A DNA stretch of 64,000 nucleotides, taken from Eledone cirrhosa (lineage: Eukaryota). This document shows, piece after piece, positions 52,800-64,000 of the stretch. A program made the position numbers and the translations under genes. The stretch is taken from assembly GCA_964016885.1 (NCBI GenBank), contig OZ024746.1:53692001-53756000 (forward strand), written 5' to 3'. Under the pieces are notes generated by a model. It saw only the letters and a list, made by a program, of their open reading frames with translations. It was not told the DNA's origin and ran no database searches. The first letter of the stretch is position 1. Every line of letters starts with the position of its first letter.

Positions 52800-53490
52800 A
52801 TTGTTCTGCAGCGGGGAACTGCACCCAGCATAGAAGGTCGATGAGATGTTGCCTAAGTGAATTTGGTAAGGAAAGTTATCTCTTCGTAAACGCCTCAGAC
52901 ACAAACCCGAGAAACGTTTCGGGGATGTTGTTAAAGGCAACCAGAATACTCTTAATATTAGTGTTGAGGATTAGGAAGATGAGGCAGAAAGTGGATCTGG
53001 TTAGGAAAGTCTGGTTTATGAGGGTTGTAATCGCTTTTATGTCCAAAGAATGGAACATTCAATGTTTAAAAAAACACCCAGGAAGTGTGATGCAGACTCA
53101 GGCCTCTTTGGTTTCCCCTTCCAGAAGAACGTATTGCTAGCACTCCTGATAGATGACTTTCCACACTAAGACCGGTTTCAGAGAGTGCAGCTATATCAAT
53201 ACTATTCCTGCTCAATTCTCTGCCAATAATAGCAGTTCTGCGTTCTGGATTTGTGGATGATTTCCTGTCGAGAAGTGTTCTAATATTCCATGTGGCAACG
53301 TTCAGTACAATTCTATTCTTTTGAAAATTATTCTTCTTCTCTATTTTCCTGTCGGTATGAACAACCGTCAACCGCAAGTAGCTTAATGGGGGAATTGACA
53401 ACGTTTGGGTCATCTTTTCTAGGCCTCTCCCAAGATTTGGCGAGCAGTGTTTTCTCTTGAAAGGGCTGCTCGTAACAAAAGACTCCACCC
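52800..53490 (-). mobile_element. RTE/BovB-like LINE 5' fragment (APE endonuclease N-terminus), degenerate
   Basis: LNVATWNIRTLLD...PERRTAIIGRELSR..IDIAALSET. Confidence 0.85.
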
Positions 53491-53746
53491 AAGCCAGTTC
53501 CTATTCAGAAAACTAGCAACGATGTTAGATAAGCCCTAAGCCGCCTGCCTGTAGATTAGCAACTGCATACCTCTAACACGTTAGGTCTGTATACATCGCT
53601 GTTTAGCCATCACCGCAAAACTTTGAAGAAATATCTGCACAAGGAGATCAAAGCAACCCGTGTTCGTGGTATACACATGCAGTTAACTAAATATCAACAG
53701 CCAGAATCCAATGACTAGCAGATGCAAGATTATCGGTAGCTGTATC

Positions 53747-53866
<120 letters not shown>

Positions 53867-54082
53867 CAAAAAAGATGCTAGCTGCAACAGACGTAGGTTT
53901 TCCCAGATAAATAATAAACTGGTTAAATAGATAAACAAGATAAACAAATTATAAAAAAAAGAAAAAATCCCCCCCCCCATATCTATGTTTACACACCCAC
54001 ACAATATATACGTATATACACCCACACAATATATACGTATATACATACATAAATGTATGTATGTATATACATATATATTCAT

Positions 54083-54144
<62 letters not shown>

Positions 54145-54149
<5 letters not shown>

Positions 54150-54730
54150 TTGCCCCTCGTTATCGAGTATGGCCATTGCACGATATAACATTATTAATAA
54201 TTATTAATTAATTCCATCGTGCAATGCCTGTGCGTAAAGATATTTTTGAAAGTGAGGAAATACTGTGCACTGTGCCAATCCCACTTTATGAGCGACAGTA
54301 GCTATAACCCCAAAAGAAGAGAAGATCAACATCAACATCATCAGTAACTACTAAGCCGCAGGTTTTATATCGGAGTTATCCCAGTTTCCTGAGTGAGTTG
54401 CCTCCCAGTCGTTTAACCACGCGATCGGGTGTTCAGCCCGACTATTTTTATGTCCTCGTGCATATACATACACATGCACCCATGTATATACACATATACA
54501 TACATATGTACATGTGTATATACATATTTACACACTTTTCGATGGCCGTTGACTCTTATGAGTTCTTCCGCCCTTTGTCGGGTCACTCTTGAGTGCTACT
54601 GGCAACATGTAACCCAGTACAACATGTCGCATGGTCGGGTCGTCGGCAATTAAACCGGCAACCCCACCCAGTTTACTTGGTGTGGAGGGTGATTTTAGAA
54701 CCCCTGCAGGACAAAAAACAAAACCTGACA
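54145..54730. mobile_element. Fragments of an unclassified interspersed repeat (also 59506-59790, 62860-62897, 63140-63420)
   Basis: Shared CTCGTTATCGAGTATGGCCATTGCACG and CCAGTACAAC...GGCAACCCCAC segments; possibly RTE-derived. Confidence 0.6.
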
Positions 54731-54859
54731 AAATACATACATACATACTTACATAAACACATATAATACGTACTATACTGTAGAATAGAACTTATGAATA
54801 ACTTTTAGCCAATAGATGTAAGCATCTTGTCTTTGTGTAGAATATCTTCGTGAACTAGT

Positions 54860-54936
54860 ACTACTACCATCTCCACTGCCAACATGACACTATTACTACC
54901 ATGACTACCCCCAACTACTAGCGCCACCCCTACCAT

Positions 54937-55010
<74 letters not shown>

Positions 55011-55159
55011 TTACCACTACCAAAACCACCACCATCAACAGTACAACCACCACAACCATCACCACCACTACTACTATTATTTTTACCGCTATCAACACCA
55101 ACACCGTCACCGCCACCACCACTACTACTACTACTACTACTGCTACTACTACTACTACA

Positions 55160-55190
<31 letters not shown>

Positions 55191-55255
55191 TTTTTACCAC
55201 TACCACCACCACCACCATGAACAGTACCACCACCACAATCAACAGTACCACCACA
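54860..55255. repeat. (ACT/ACC)n repeat
   Basis: Direct reading. Confidence 0.92.
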
Positions 55256-55829
55256 TATAAGTATCTAGGAATTCATATAAAAGAGAGATATAGTTGAAGT
55301 AATTGGTTTTAAAAAATCAAGAAAATGATAAAACATTAAAGAATTTCTCCATCATATGGAAATATCCACACCAACAATTGCCATAGAAACCATTTTTCAC
55401 AATTCAATCTTTATAATTATTGGTAGACTGAAGTTACGAAATAGTTTGCCTCATAAATTGATAAATGAATAAATAAATGATTACTATTATTATCATAAAA
55501 TAAAGTACCAGTAATACACTGGGATAATTGCTGGCTTTGTGCCAAAAGTAGAAATAATTATTATCATTATTGTGTTCGGTCGTCCGTCGGCTTCGACGAT
55601 GATAAATCTATTTAATTTGATCAGTAGAACAACCGTATCTAGTAAACGAAGTGCGACTGTCTGAACAAGCAATAGACACGTGTACCACTAATATAGTTCT
55701 CAGGGAGATTCCGTGTGACAGTGTATGACATGGGTGGTATTATTGAATTCAACTACAATTACAAACCACTTTTTTTTTGCCAACTGAATGGTTTGGAACA
55801 ATGGGAAATAAAGTATCTTGTTTAAAGTC

Positions 55830-56560
55830 CAAACGTGGATAGGCTTGCTGCTGAGTTCTGCACGACTGGGATGAAAATCAATGCTGCGAAGATTGAGACA
55901 AGTATACCCAAGAAAGCCTGCGCAGTACATTCTACATGGGAGTGGAGATCCACCGGAGCAGGCGAAGAAGTTCAAGTATCTTGAAGCCGTTTTTACGAGT
56001 GATGGAATGCAGGAGGCTGATGTAGTAATGCGCCAGCTTCAACAATCGGTCGCCAGAAAGAGGTGGTGGGTGTAAAAGCCAAACTCGTTATCATCAATTC
56101 AGCATTCATTCTAACCGTTACCTATGGCCATGATTCTTTGGTAATAACCGAAAGAATACGATTGTGTATATAAGCAGCCGAAATGGGATTCCTCCAAAGG
56201 GTCTTTGAAGTAACGTTACTCGATAGTGTACGTAGTTCAGAGATTAGGGAGTGGCTAGAGGTAGAGCCTCTACTTCTCTGAATTGAGAGATCACAGTTCC
56301 GATACTACGGACATGTAGTCAGAATGTCTAAGACAAGAATCACTGGTCAAGTTTTACGGGCAAGTTTTACGGGCAAGTTTTACGGGCAGAACCAGCTGGC
56401 AAGCGACACAGGTAGATCTTGAGCAAGATGGTTGGATAACATCCATGAGCTCTGCTGGTCTTGTTTGGGAATCCAGCCGGATCAGTTTAAAAGAGTTGTT
56501 TCTCACGGGACTCACTGGATGGCGTGCTTAAGGACTCCACTCCCACGAATCTTCCAGAAA
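55830..56560 (+). mobile_element. RTE (Expander/Rex3-like) RT C-terminal remnant
   Basis: EQAKKFKYL..FTSDG; KAKL...TYGHDSL.ITERIR..I.AAEMGFLQRV...R.SEIRE.L.VEPLLL.IERSQ.RYYGHVVRM. Confidence 0.82.
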
Positions 56561-56569
56561 GAGCGGTGG

Positions 56570-56775
56570 ATTGTTAGTATCAGCAGAGCGTTGGACATGG
56601 TTTTCGGCCTATAGTTACGATGTATATGTTCTGAGTTCAAATCGTGTCGAGGTTAGCTTTGCATTTCATCCTTAAGTGTTCGGTAAAATAAAGTATCAGT
56701 AACATACTAGGGTAGATTTAATCGACTTTTCCCTGCCCTTCAAATTGCTGGTCTTGTGCCAAAGTAGAAACGATT
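56570..56775 (+). mobile_element. S1 SINE, diverged
   Basis: TTCTGAGTTCAAATC...GAGGTTAGCTTTGC...TTGTGCCAAAGTAGAAAC. Confidence 0.8.
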
Positions 56776-56949
56776 ATTTCTTTATATATCTATATATTTA
56801 TTTATTTGAATATTTCTTTTTCAGCACTTCCTTGTTGTTCTACTTGTATTGGATTGGAAGACATAGAACTTCATCCCGCCACCTTATGTTTCTAGTATCC
56901 TTCCTGTTGTTCTCGCTTTCTTTGCTAGTCATACACTCTGGCTGTAGAT

Positions 56950-57530
56950 TCTGGAAATTCACCTTAGTATCCAACGTCTTCAACCAGCAATTCAAACTTG
57001 CTTGCCACTGTCCTTCTCCTACAAGACTTCTCCTACTATTTGGGAAATTCATCTTGATACACATCATCTTCAACCAAGAATTTTAATCTTTCTTGCCATT
57101 GTCCCTAAGTCTTCTTCTACTATTGGGAAATTCATCTTATCTAACATCTCCAACGAAGAATTTTAAACTTTCTTGCAACTGTCCCTAAGACTTCTCCTAC
57201 TATTGGGAAATTCATCTGGATACACATCATCTTCAACTAAGAATGTTAATCCTTCTTGTCACTATCCCTAAGACTTCTCCTACTATTGGGAAATTCATCT
57301 TATCTAACATCTCCAACCAAGAATTTTATACTTTCTTGCAACTGTCCCTAAGACTTCTCCTACTATTGGGAAATTCATCTTTATTCAAAAGTTCTTCAAC
57401 CAAGAATTTAAACTTTCTTGCCACAGTCTCTAAGACTCATATTACAATTGAATAATTCACCTCTATATCCATTGTCTTCAAGGAACTATATAAACGTCTC
57501 GCCACAGTCTCTACAACTATTACAATTGGG
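56950..57530. repeat. Minisatellite, ~80-83-bp unit, about 7 copies
   Basis: AAGACTTCTCCTACTATTGGGAAATTCATCTT recurs at about 57023, 57107, 57187, 57270 and 57350. Confidence 0.9.
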
Positions 57531-57727
57531 ATGATAGCAACAACACCAACAGAACATGTAAGTTATAATTACTTAAGTTACTGGTATCTGTGTAATGTTA
57601 TGGTTGATAACTTTTAATTTGTAGGCTGAAATTGTTGGTTGAGCTTTGGCAATTATAATATTGATTCAGTGTGGTTCTATTTATAGCTGATTTCTCTCGC
57701 TTGGTTATTCATGAAAAGAAAAAGCAA

Positions 57728-57728
<1 letters not shown>

Positions 57729-57758
<30 letters not shown>

Positions 57759-57893
57759 CTTCTTCTTCTTCTTCTTCTTCTTCTTCTTCTTCTTCTTCTT
57801 CTTCTTCTTCTTCTTCTTCTTCTTCTTCTTCTTCTTCTTCTTCTTCTTCTTCTTCTTCTTCTTCTTCTTCTTCTTCTTCTTCTTCTTCTTCTT
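57729..57893. repeat. Perfect (TTC)n microsatellite
   Basis: Direct reading. Confidence 0.98.
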
Positions 57894-57894
57894 G

Positions 57895-58280
57895 ATATCT
57901 CTGTTATTAATGTTTTTTTAACCAGAAAAAAATGCCCACATGAATATCAAGTTGCTACCCGTAGCTTCAGATATTCAAGACTTATTTGAGTGTCCTTGCT
58001 GTTCCCAGTAGGCGTTCTTTTGTCGTGTTCTAAAAATGGTGGATGAGCTAATTGTCTTTAGTCAGCATTGGAAACTCATCGAGACAGTACCTAGTGCTCC
58101 TATAACGATGGGGATAACCTTGATCTTATGAGAGTCCTAATACCTTTTCAGTTCCCATTTTAGATTCTGGTACCGGTTAATTTTCCCCTTTTTCTTTTCC
58201 GCCATTCTTGTGTCAAAGGGGATAACTACATCTATAATGAAACAAAATCTTTTTTCTGTGTCTGGGATTCACAATACTAC
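57895..58280 (-). mobile_element. 3' remnant of an RLE-type LINE (R4/Dong/NeSL-like)
   Basis: Minus strand translates FIIDVVIPFDTR...YQNLKWELKR...KVIPIVIGALGTV; runs into (GAA)n. Confidence 0.75.
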
Positions 58281-59076
58281 TTTCTCCGAGTTGAATCTGT
58301 GGTTTCAGTTATGAATTTTATTGCATGATTAAAAATATATTTAAATTCTGGCGATGGATGAGGAGTTCATTCGTATTCTTTTGCCTAAATGCCACGAGAA
58401 GTGAAAGTGAGGGTGAAGAGTATGGTGGCATGCAACAACCGTTATGAAAAACGAGGAGGATATGTCGACTATCATGGAGGCACACACGGTATGCCAAGAG
58501 AGACTTGTCGAAGATAGAAACATACAACTTTCTAAACATCACTGAACAGATTAATAGCAACACATTATTCGTAGCGTAGAAAAGAGAATGTCTTGTACTT
58601 GGAGTGTGGTTTGTGGTCAACGTTAATCAGGCAGTGAGCGATTGCGTTGTTCGAAAGCTTTTAGCTCTCAAATTACAGCCGATCTTCTTGGGCCAAGATA
58701 GCAATTCGGTGGTTTTGAATGATAGACTCAATAAAAGCAGCGGTTTCAGATTAGTCACCGCGAATGCCCCATCTAGAATATACTACCGTTTTTACGGGTA
58801 ACTAACTCCTGGCACTTTTGAAGGGAAAGAATTCCCGATTTCTAAGGACGAAATATTTACCATGTTGGAAACAGAATATTAGTTTTTTTCTCGAAATATT
58901 CCCTATATTGTTATTTTCATATATGTAATTAAGGCCTATGTTGTGAAGCCACGAAAACAATAGTAGGCCTCATGAGAAGTTAGATCATATTGCTTCGTGA
59001 ATGCTCATACATGACTACACATCTCTGTAAAGAGAACTGTATATTGTTTTGGTATTATTTATCAAGTATGATACGA

Positions 59077-59115
<39 letters not shown>

Positions 59116-59116
<1 letters not shown>

Positions 59117-59166
59117 CCCTTTGTATTTGTCCCCTTCTTTTGTGCCCCTGTGGCTAATAAAGAAAC
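59116..59166 (+). mobile_element. 51-bp 3'-terminal fragment of Tx1 type A in (ATCT)n
   Basis: Identical to 3070-3120 and followed by the same ATATCTATCT. Confidence 0.9.
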
Positions 59167-59178
59167 ATATCTATCTAT

Positions 59179-59237
59179 CCCCGGCATGTCTTTGTATTGT
59201 CCCCTTTTCTTGTTGCGCCCTTGTGGCTAATAAAGAA

Positions 59238-59238
<1 letters not shown>
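59179..59238 (+). mobile_element. ~60-bp 3'-terminal fragment of Tx1 type B in (ATCT)n
   Basis: CCCCGGCATGTCTTTG...GCGCCCTTGTGGCTAATAAA matches 8811-8870. Confidence 0.88.
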
Positions 59239-59275
<37 letters not shown>

Positions 59276-59335
59276 TTATCTATCTATTTATCTTTCTATC
59301 TTTTGCTATGTATACATATGTATATATATATAATT

Positions 59336-59415
<80 letters not shown>

Positions 59416-59419
59416 GTAC

Positions 59420-59450
<31 letters not shown>

Positions 59451-59793
59451 CATATGTACATATATATACATATATATATATACATGTATAAATATATATA
59501 CATATATGGTGGCTGCCGGCTCGTTATCGAGTATGGCCATTGCACGATATACCATTATTAATTAATTCTATCGTGCAATGCCTGTGCGTGAAGATATTTT
59601 TTAATCCCACTCTCTGAGCGACAGTAGCTATAACCCGAAAAGAAGAAATAGTCGGGCTGGACACCCGATCGCGCGGTTAAACCACTGGGAGTGAAGGACC
59701 CCTAGCCTTTGTCAGGGCATTCTTCTAGGAGAAGGGAACTCAGGAAATTGGGATAACTCCTAGATAAAACCTGCGGCTCAGTAGAAACCGATG

Positions 59794-59867
<74 letters not shown>

Positions 59868-59876
59868 TGCATATAT

Positions 59877-59935
<59 letters not shown>

Positions 59936-60045
59936 TAAGGGCGGTGCCCCAGCATGGCCTCAGCCGCATGGCTGAAACAGGTAAAAGAGTAATATATATA
60001 TTTTAAAATATAAATATCAATAAAATAGATGTTCTTTTGATCAAT

Positions 60046-60104
60046 TACATTTTATTATACATATTTCGGATGTACAACAGTACGTCCTCATCAGACAAAA
60101 TATA
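60046..60104 (-). ncRNA. Minimal type I hammerhead
   Basis: Reverse complement of 60221-60279. Confidence 0.82.
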
Positions 60105-60220
60105 ATGATACATGACATACCCTGAGATGTTAAAGGGTTAAGATTTAATCAAGGTAATACCTTGATACTACCTTGATTAAATCTTAACCATTTAACATCT
60201 CAGGGTATGTCATGTATCAT

Positions 60221-60279
60221 TATATTTTGTCTGATGAGGACGTACTGTTGTACATCCGAAATATGTATAATAAAATGTA
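60221..60279 (+). ncRNA. Minimal type I hammerhead, canonical CUGAUGA
   Basis: TATATTTTGT-CTGATGA-GGACGTACTGTTGTACATCC-GAAA-TATGTA-TA-ATAAAATGTA; cut predicted after 60269. Confidence 0.82.
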
Positions 60280-60415
60280 ATTGATCAAAAGAACATCTAT
60301 TTTATTAATATTTATATTTTAATATTAATAACTCCGGAAAATTATTTTTCGTAGAGTGCTTTTAATCTACTGTAAAACTTATTCTTTGACATAATCATTG
60401 AATATCGTTTAACAC

Positions 60416-60500
<85 letters not shown>

Positions 60501-60625
60501 CATATATATATATATATACATATATATATACATACATATATATATATATACATATATATATATACATACATATATATATACACATACATATATATATACA
60601 TACATACATATATATATATACATAC

Positions 60626-60707
<82 letters not shown>

Positions 60708-61054
60708 CCAGTAATATAAGAAAATATATCTGACATGGTAAACATAGAAAAGCTTTCACTGAGGAACTAGATTAACTTGTCATATTTACTGGAGACTTGT
60801 ATCAGTTTCATTTCCGCTTCATATCATCAAAGCATACACACACACACGCATACGCAGATACACTACCACCCACACATATACATATACGCAGACATGCGCA
60901 CACACGTACACTCGTAAACACATATACAGAAACATTCACACACACATATACACAGAGAAATTATATATATATACATATATATATTATATATATATATATA
61001 TATATACGTATATTTATTTCATATCTCTCTCTCTATATATATATACATATATAT

Positions 61055-61150
<96 letters not shown>

Positions 61151-61275
61151 TGACATAAACCTAGATATACATTTCTCTGTCTCTCTTTCTTTCCGTATAT
61201 ATATCTATATAAATATAATATATATACCTACATATATTTATATACATATATACACACACACACATATATATATAA

Positions 61276-61452
61276 AACGAAGGAGGTGTGGTAAGGAACC
61301 AGATGGACCATAACGCATCAGACTACTCAATACTTAGGGTAGTAGAGTGGGTAATAGGAAAATGTTTGACCCCGATGGCAGAGCTCAAGCCGTTTCGACG
61401 GTTTGAGCCGTTTCGAAACGGTTTGAGCTCTGCCGTCGGAGTCAAACATTTT

Positions 61453-61457
<5 letters not shown>
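61276..61457. mobile_element. Fold-back end, family F1
   Basis: Same tail as the 10451 and 30558 copies; fold-back with a small internal duplication. Confidence 0.78.
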
Positions 61458-61534
<77 letters not shown>

Positions 61535-61942
61535 CATACACATACATACATATATACATACATACATACATATATATACACTAACACACATACGCACACA
61601 CACACATATATAAATATGTGTGTGTGTGTCTGCATATATATACACCCACAAACCTTTGCATAGCATTCTTTACCTTGTAATAGCTAACCTGAAAGTTGTG
61701 AGAATGCTGAAGTCGTCCACCCGAATCTATCTTCTCCAATTTAAAACGGACTTTCATCTGTTTCCACCCAGTCTTATGAACCAGAGCGTTCATTTATTTG
61801 GGTATAATCATTGCAATATGAATAGCAGCTAATTCAACTGGTTGAAATGATTTATAGATAAACACAGACACAGAATAGACTTAGAAACGGTGAGGAAATA
61901 TGTTGGTGTATGTATATATATGTGTGTGTGTGTGTGTGTATG

Positions 61943-62021
<79 letters not shown>

Positions 62022-62054
62022 ATGTATATATATATATGTATATATGTGTATGTA

Positions 62055-62097
<43 letters not shown>

Positions 62098-62116
62098 ATA
62101 TATATATATGTATGTA

Positions 62117-62159
<43 letters not shown>

Positions 62160-62370
62160 ATATATGTGTATGTATACATGTATATATATATATATATATA
62201 TACATACATGCATACATATACACACACAGATATGTATATATATACATACATATACGCACACACACCCTTGCAAGCAGGGAACAAGCGGACGTAAAATGAA
62301 ATGATGATGATATATATATAAAGAATGAATAATAACAGGTAGACATCATAAAAAGGTAATTTATTCCGTG

Positions 62371-62481
62371 TGCTTACAAATGTTTCAACGGTGGTAATAC
62401 AGCCTAGTTATGCTGTGCAAATTTACAACTATTTGCAGAACTCAAATATCTCAATGCTGTGACCACTGTATCCTCAGAGCA
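62371..62481 (-). ncRNA. Type I hammerhead with ~84-nt stem II
   Basis: Minus strand: TGCT-CTGAGGA-TACAGTGGTCACAGC...GCTGTATTACCACCGTT-GAAA-CATTTG-TA-AGCA. Confidence 0.78.
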
Positions 62482-62760
62482 GAATGGTTAAAATGTACAA
62501 TGTAAATACCCTTAAGTATTTAACCATTACTACATCTAGGATAATCCTATACCTAATATATATATATATATGTATATATATGTATATATGTGTATGTATA
62601 TATGTATATATGTATATATATATGTATGTATATATGTATGTATGTATATATATATGTATGTATATATATATGTATGTATGTATATATATATATGTATGCA
62701 TATATGTATGTATATATATGTATGTATGTGTGTATATATATATATATATGTATATATGTA

Positions 62761-62836
<76 letters not shown>

Positions 62837-63085
62837 TGCATACATATATACATATATATGATGGCTGCCCCTCGTTATCGAGTATGGCCATTGCACGAGG
62901 AGAAAAACAAATTAATAAAAAAAAAAAAAAGAAATATATATATATATACACACATACATATACATATATACACACACACATATACATTAATAACAATAAT
63001 AATAATAATAATAACAATAATAATAACGACAACAACAATAATAATATACATATATATATATACACATACATACATATATATATAG

Positions 63086-63133
<48 letters not shown>

Positions 63134-64000
63134 TTATGTCAGGTCACCAGTTGGTGCTACTGGTAACATGTATCCCAGTACAACCTGTCTCATGTTCGGG
63201 TCGTTGGCGACTAAACTGGCAACCCCACCAAGGTTTCTTGGCGAGGAGGGTGGCTTTGGACACCTGCAGGACTAAAAACAAAACCTGTCAAAAGGCAAAG
63301 GGGCTCTTAAGAGTCAATAGCCATCCAAAATCACCGGGAGAGATGACCCCTTAGCCTTTGTCAAGGTAGAATTCTAGGAGAAGGAAAACTCTGATATAAC
63401 ACCTGCAACCCTGATGGTATCCAATGATGTTGAATTGTTCTTCTTTTTGGTAAATATCATCTTGGTTAAGAGAGTGGGACTGGCTTTGTGCAGTGCCTTT
63501 GCTCACTATAAAAGCTTCACAGCACAGGCATTGCTTTATATCTGGAGATCTCTTTGCACTTGTCGTCACATGGTACCATGGGCACAGCACTATGTGTCAA
63601 TAATTGTCACAGGTGTAGTGTTTGTACCCGAGTTTTCAAGTCGCTGGCTGGACTTAAAAGTCACACTCGTTCAGCGCATTGGTAGGGGTTCTCCTACATG
63701 GATATAAAGTAGTGGCTGTACTCGAAAACGAGTTGGCAGCCACCATGTATTTATGTATAAATGTGTGTGTGTGTCTGTGTGAGTATATACCTATGCATGT
63801 ATATATACGGTGTGCATATGTCTGTATGGCTGTCTGTCTGTATGTATGTATGTGTGTATTTATGTAAGTATATACATATGCATGCACAAATATGTGCATG
63901 CAAATGTGTATATATGTATTTATTTATCTATGTGTATATGTATGTATCTTTGTATGTATGTATACATGCATATATATACTGATGTATATATATATATATA

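Larger units (their letters stand above)
60003..60420. mobile_element. Inverted pair of PLE ends (154-bp arms), each with a hammerhead
   Basis: Arms 60003-60156 and 60169-60322, ~98-bp extension on the right, TA flanks. Confidence 0.85.

Noticed and set aside
56950-57530. Regularly spaced repeats resembling a CRISPR array
   Set aside because: Intervening sequence is also repeated (minisatellite); eukaryotic context with no cas genes
58300-58900. Short ORFs in non-repetitive-looking DNA
   Set aside because: No recognisable motif or convincing exon structure

Overview
Repeat-dominated, AT-rich animal DNA with no recognisable host gene. The tRNA-SINE families and heavy (TA)n load suggest an octopus or other coleoid cephalopod (inference). 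Contents: (i) three diverged Tx1/L1-clade non-LTR retrotransposons, as a head-to-tail pair at 1-8870 and a near-intact copy at 40251-46078, plus two ~55-bp tail-only copies in an (ATCT)n tract; (ii) one intact Penelope-like element (PLE, RT + GIY-YIG) with 835-bp pseudo-LTRs, one 5'-truncated PLE, and many short fold-back PLE ends inserted in (TA)n; (iii) about 19 type I hammerhead ribozyme motifs (several degenerate) from roughly a dozen families; (iv) tandem Helitrons, SINEs, RTE/RLE/Tc1 remnants and mini/microsatellites. The most striking observation concerns the Tx1 elements: in both complete copies a consensus splice donor overlaps the ORF1 stop and a splice acceptor overlaps the ORF2 stop. 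ORF2 therefore looks like an intron whose removal rebuilds the same ORF1 C-terminus and a stop codon. All structure and family calls were made by eye and are untested.
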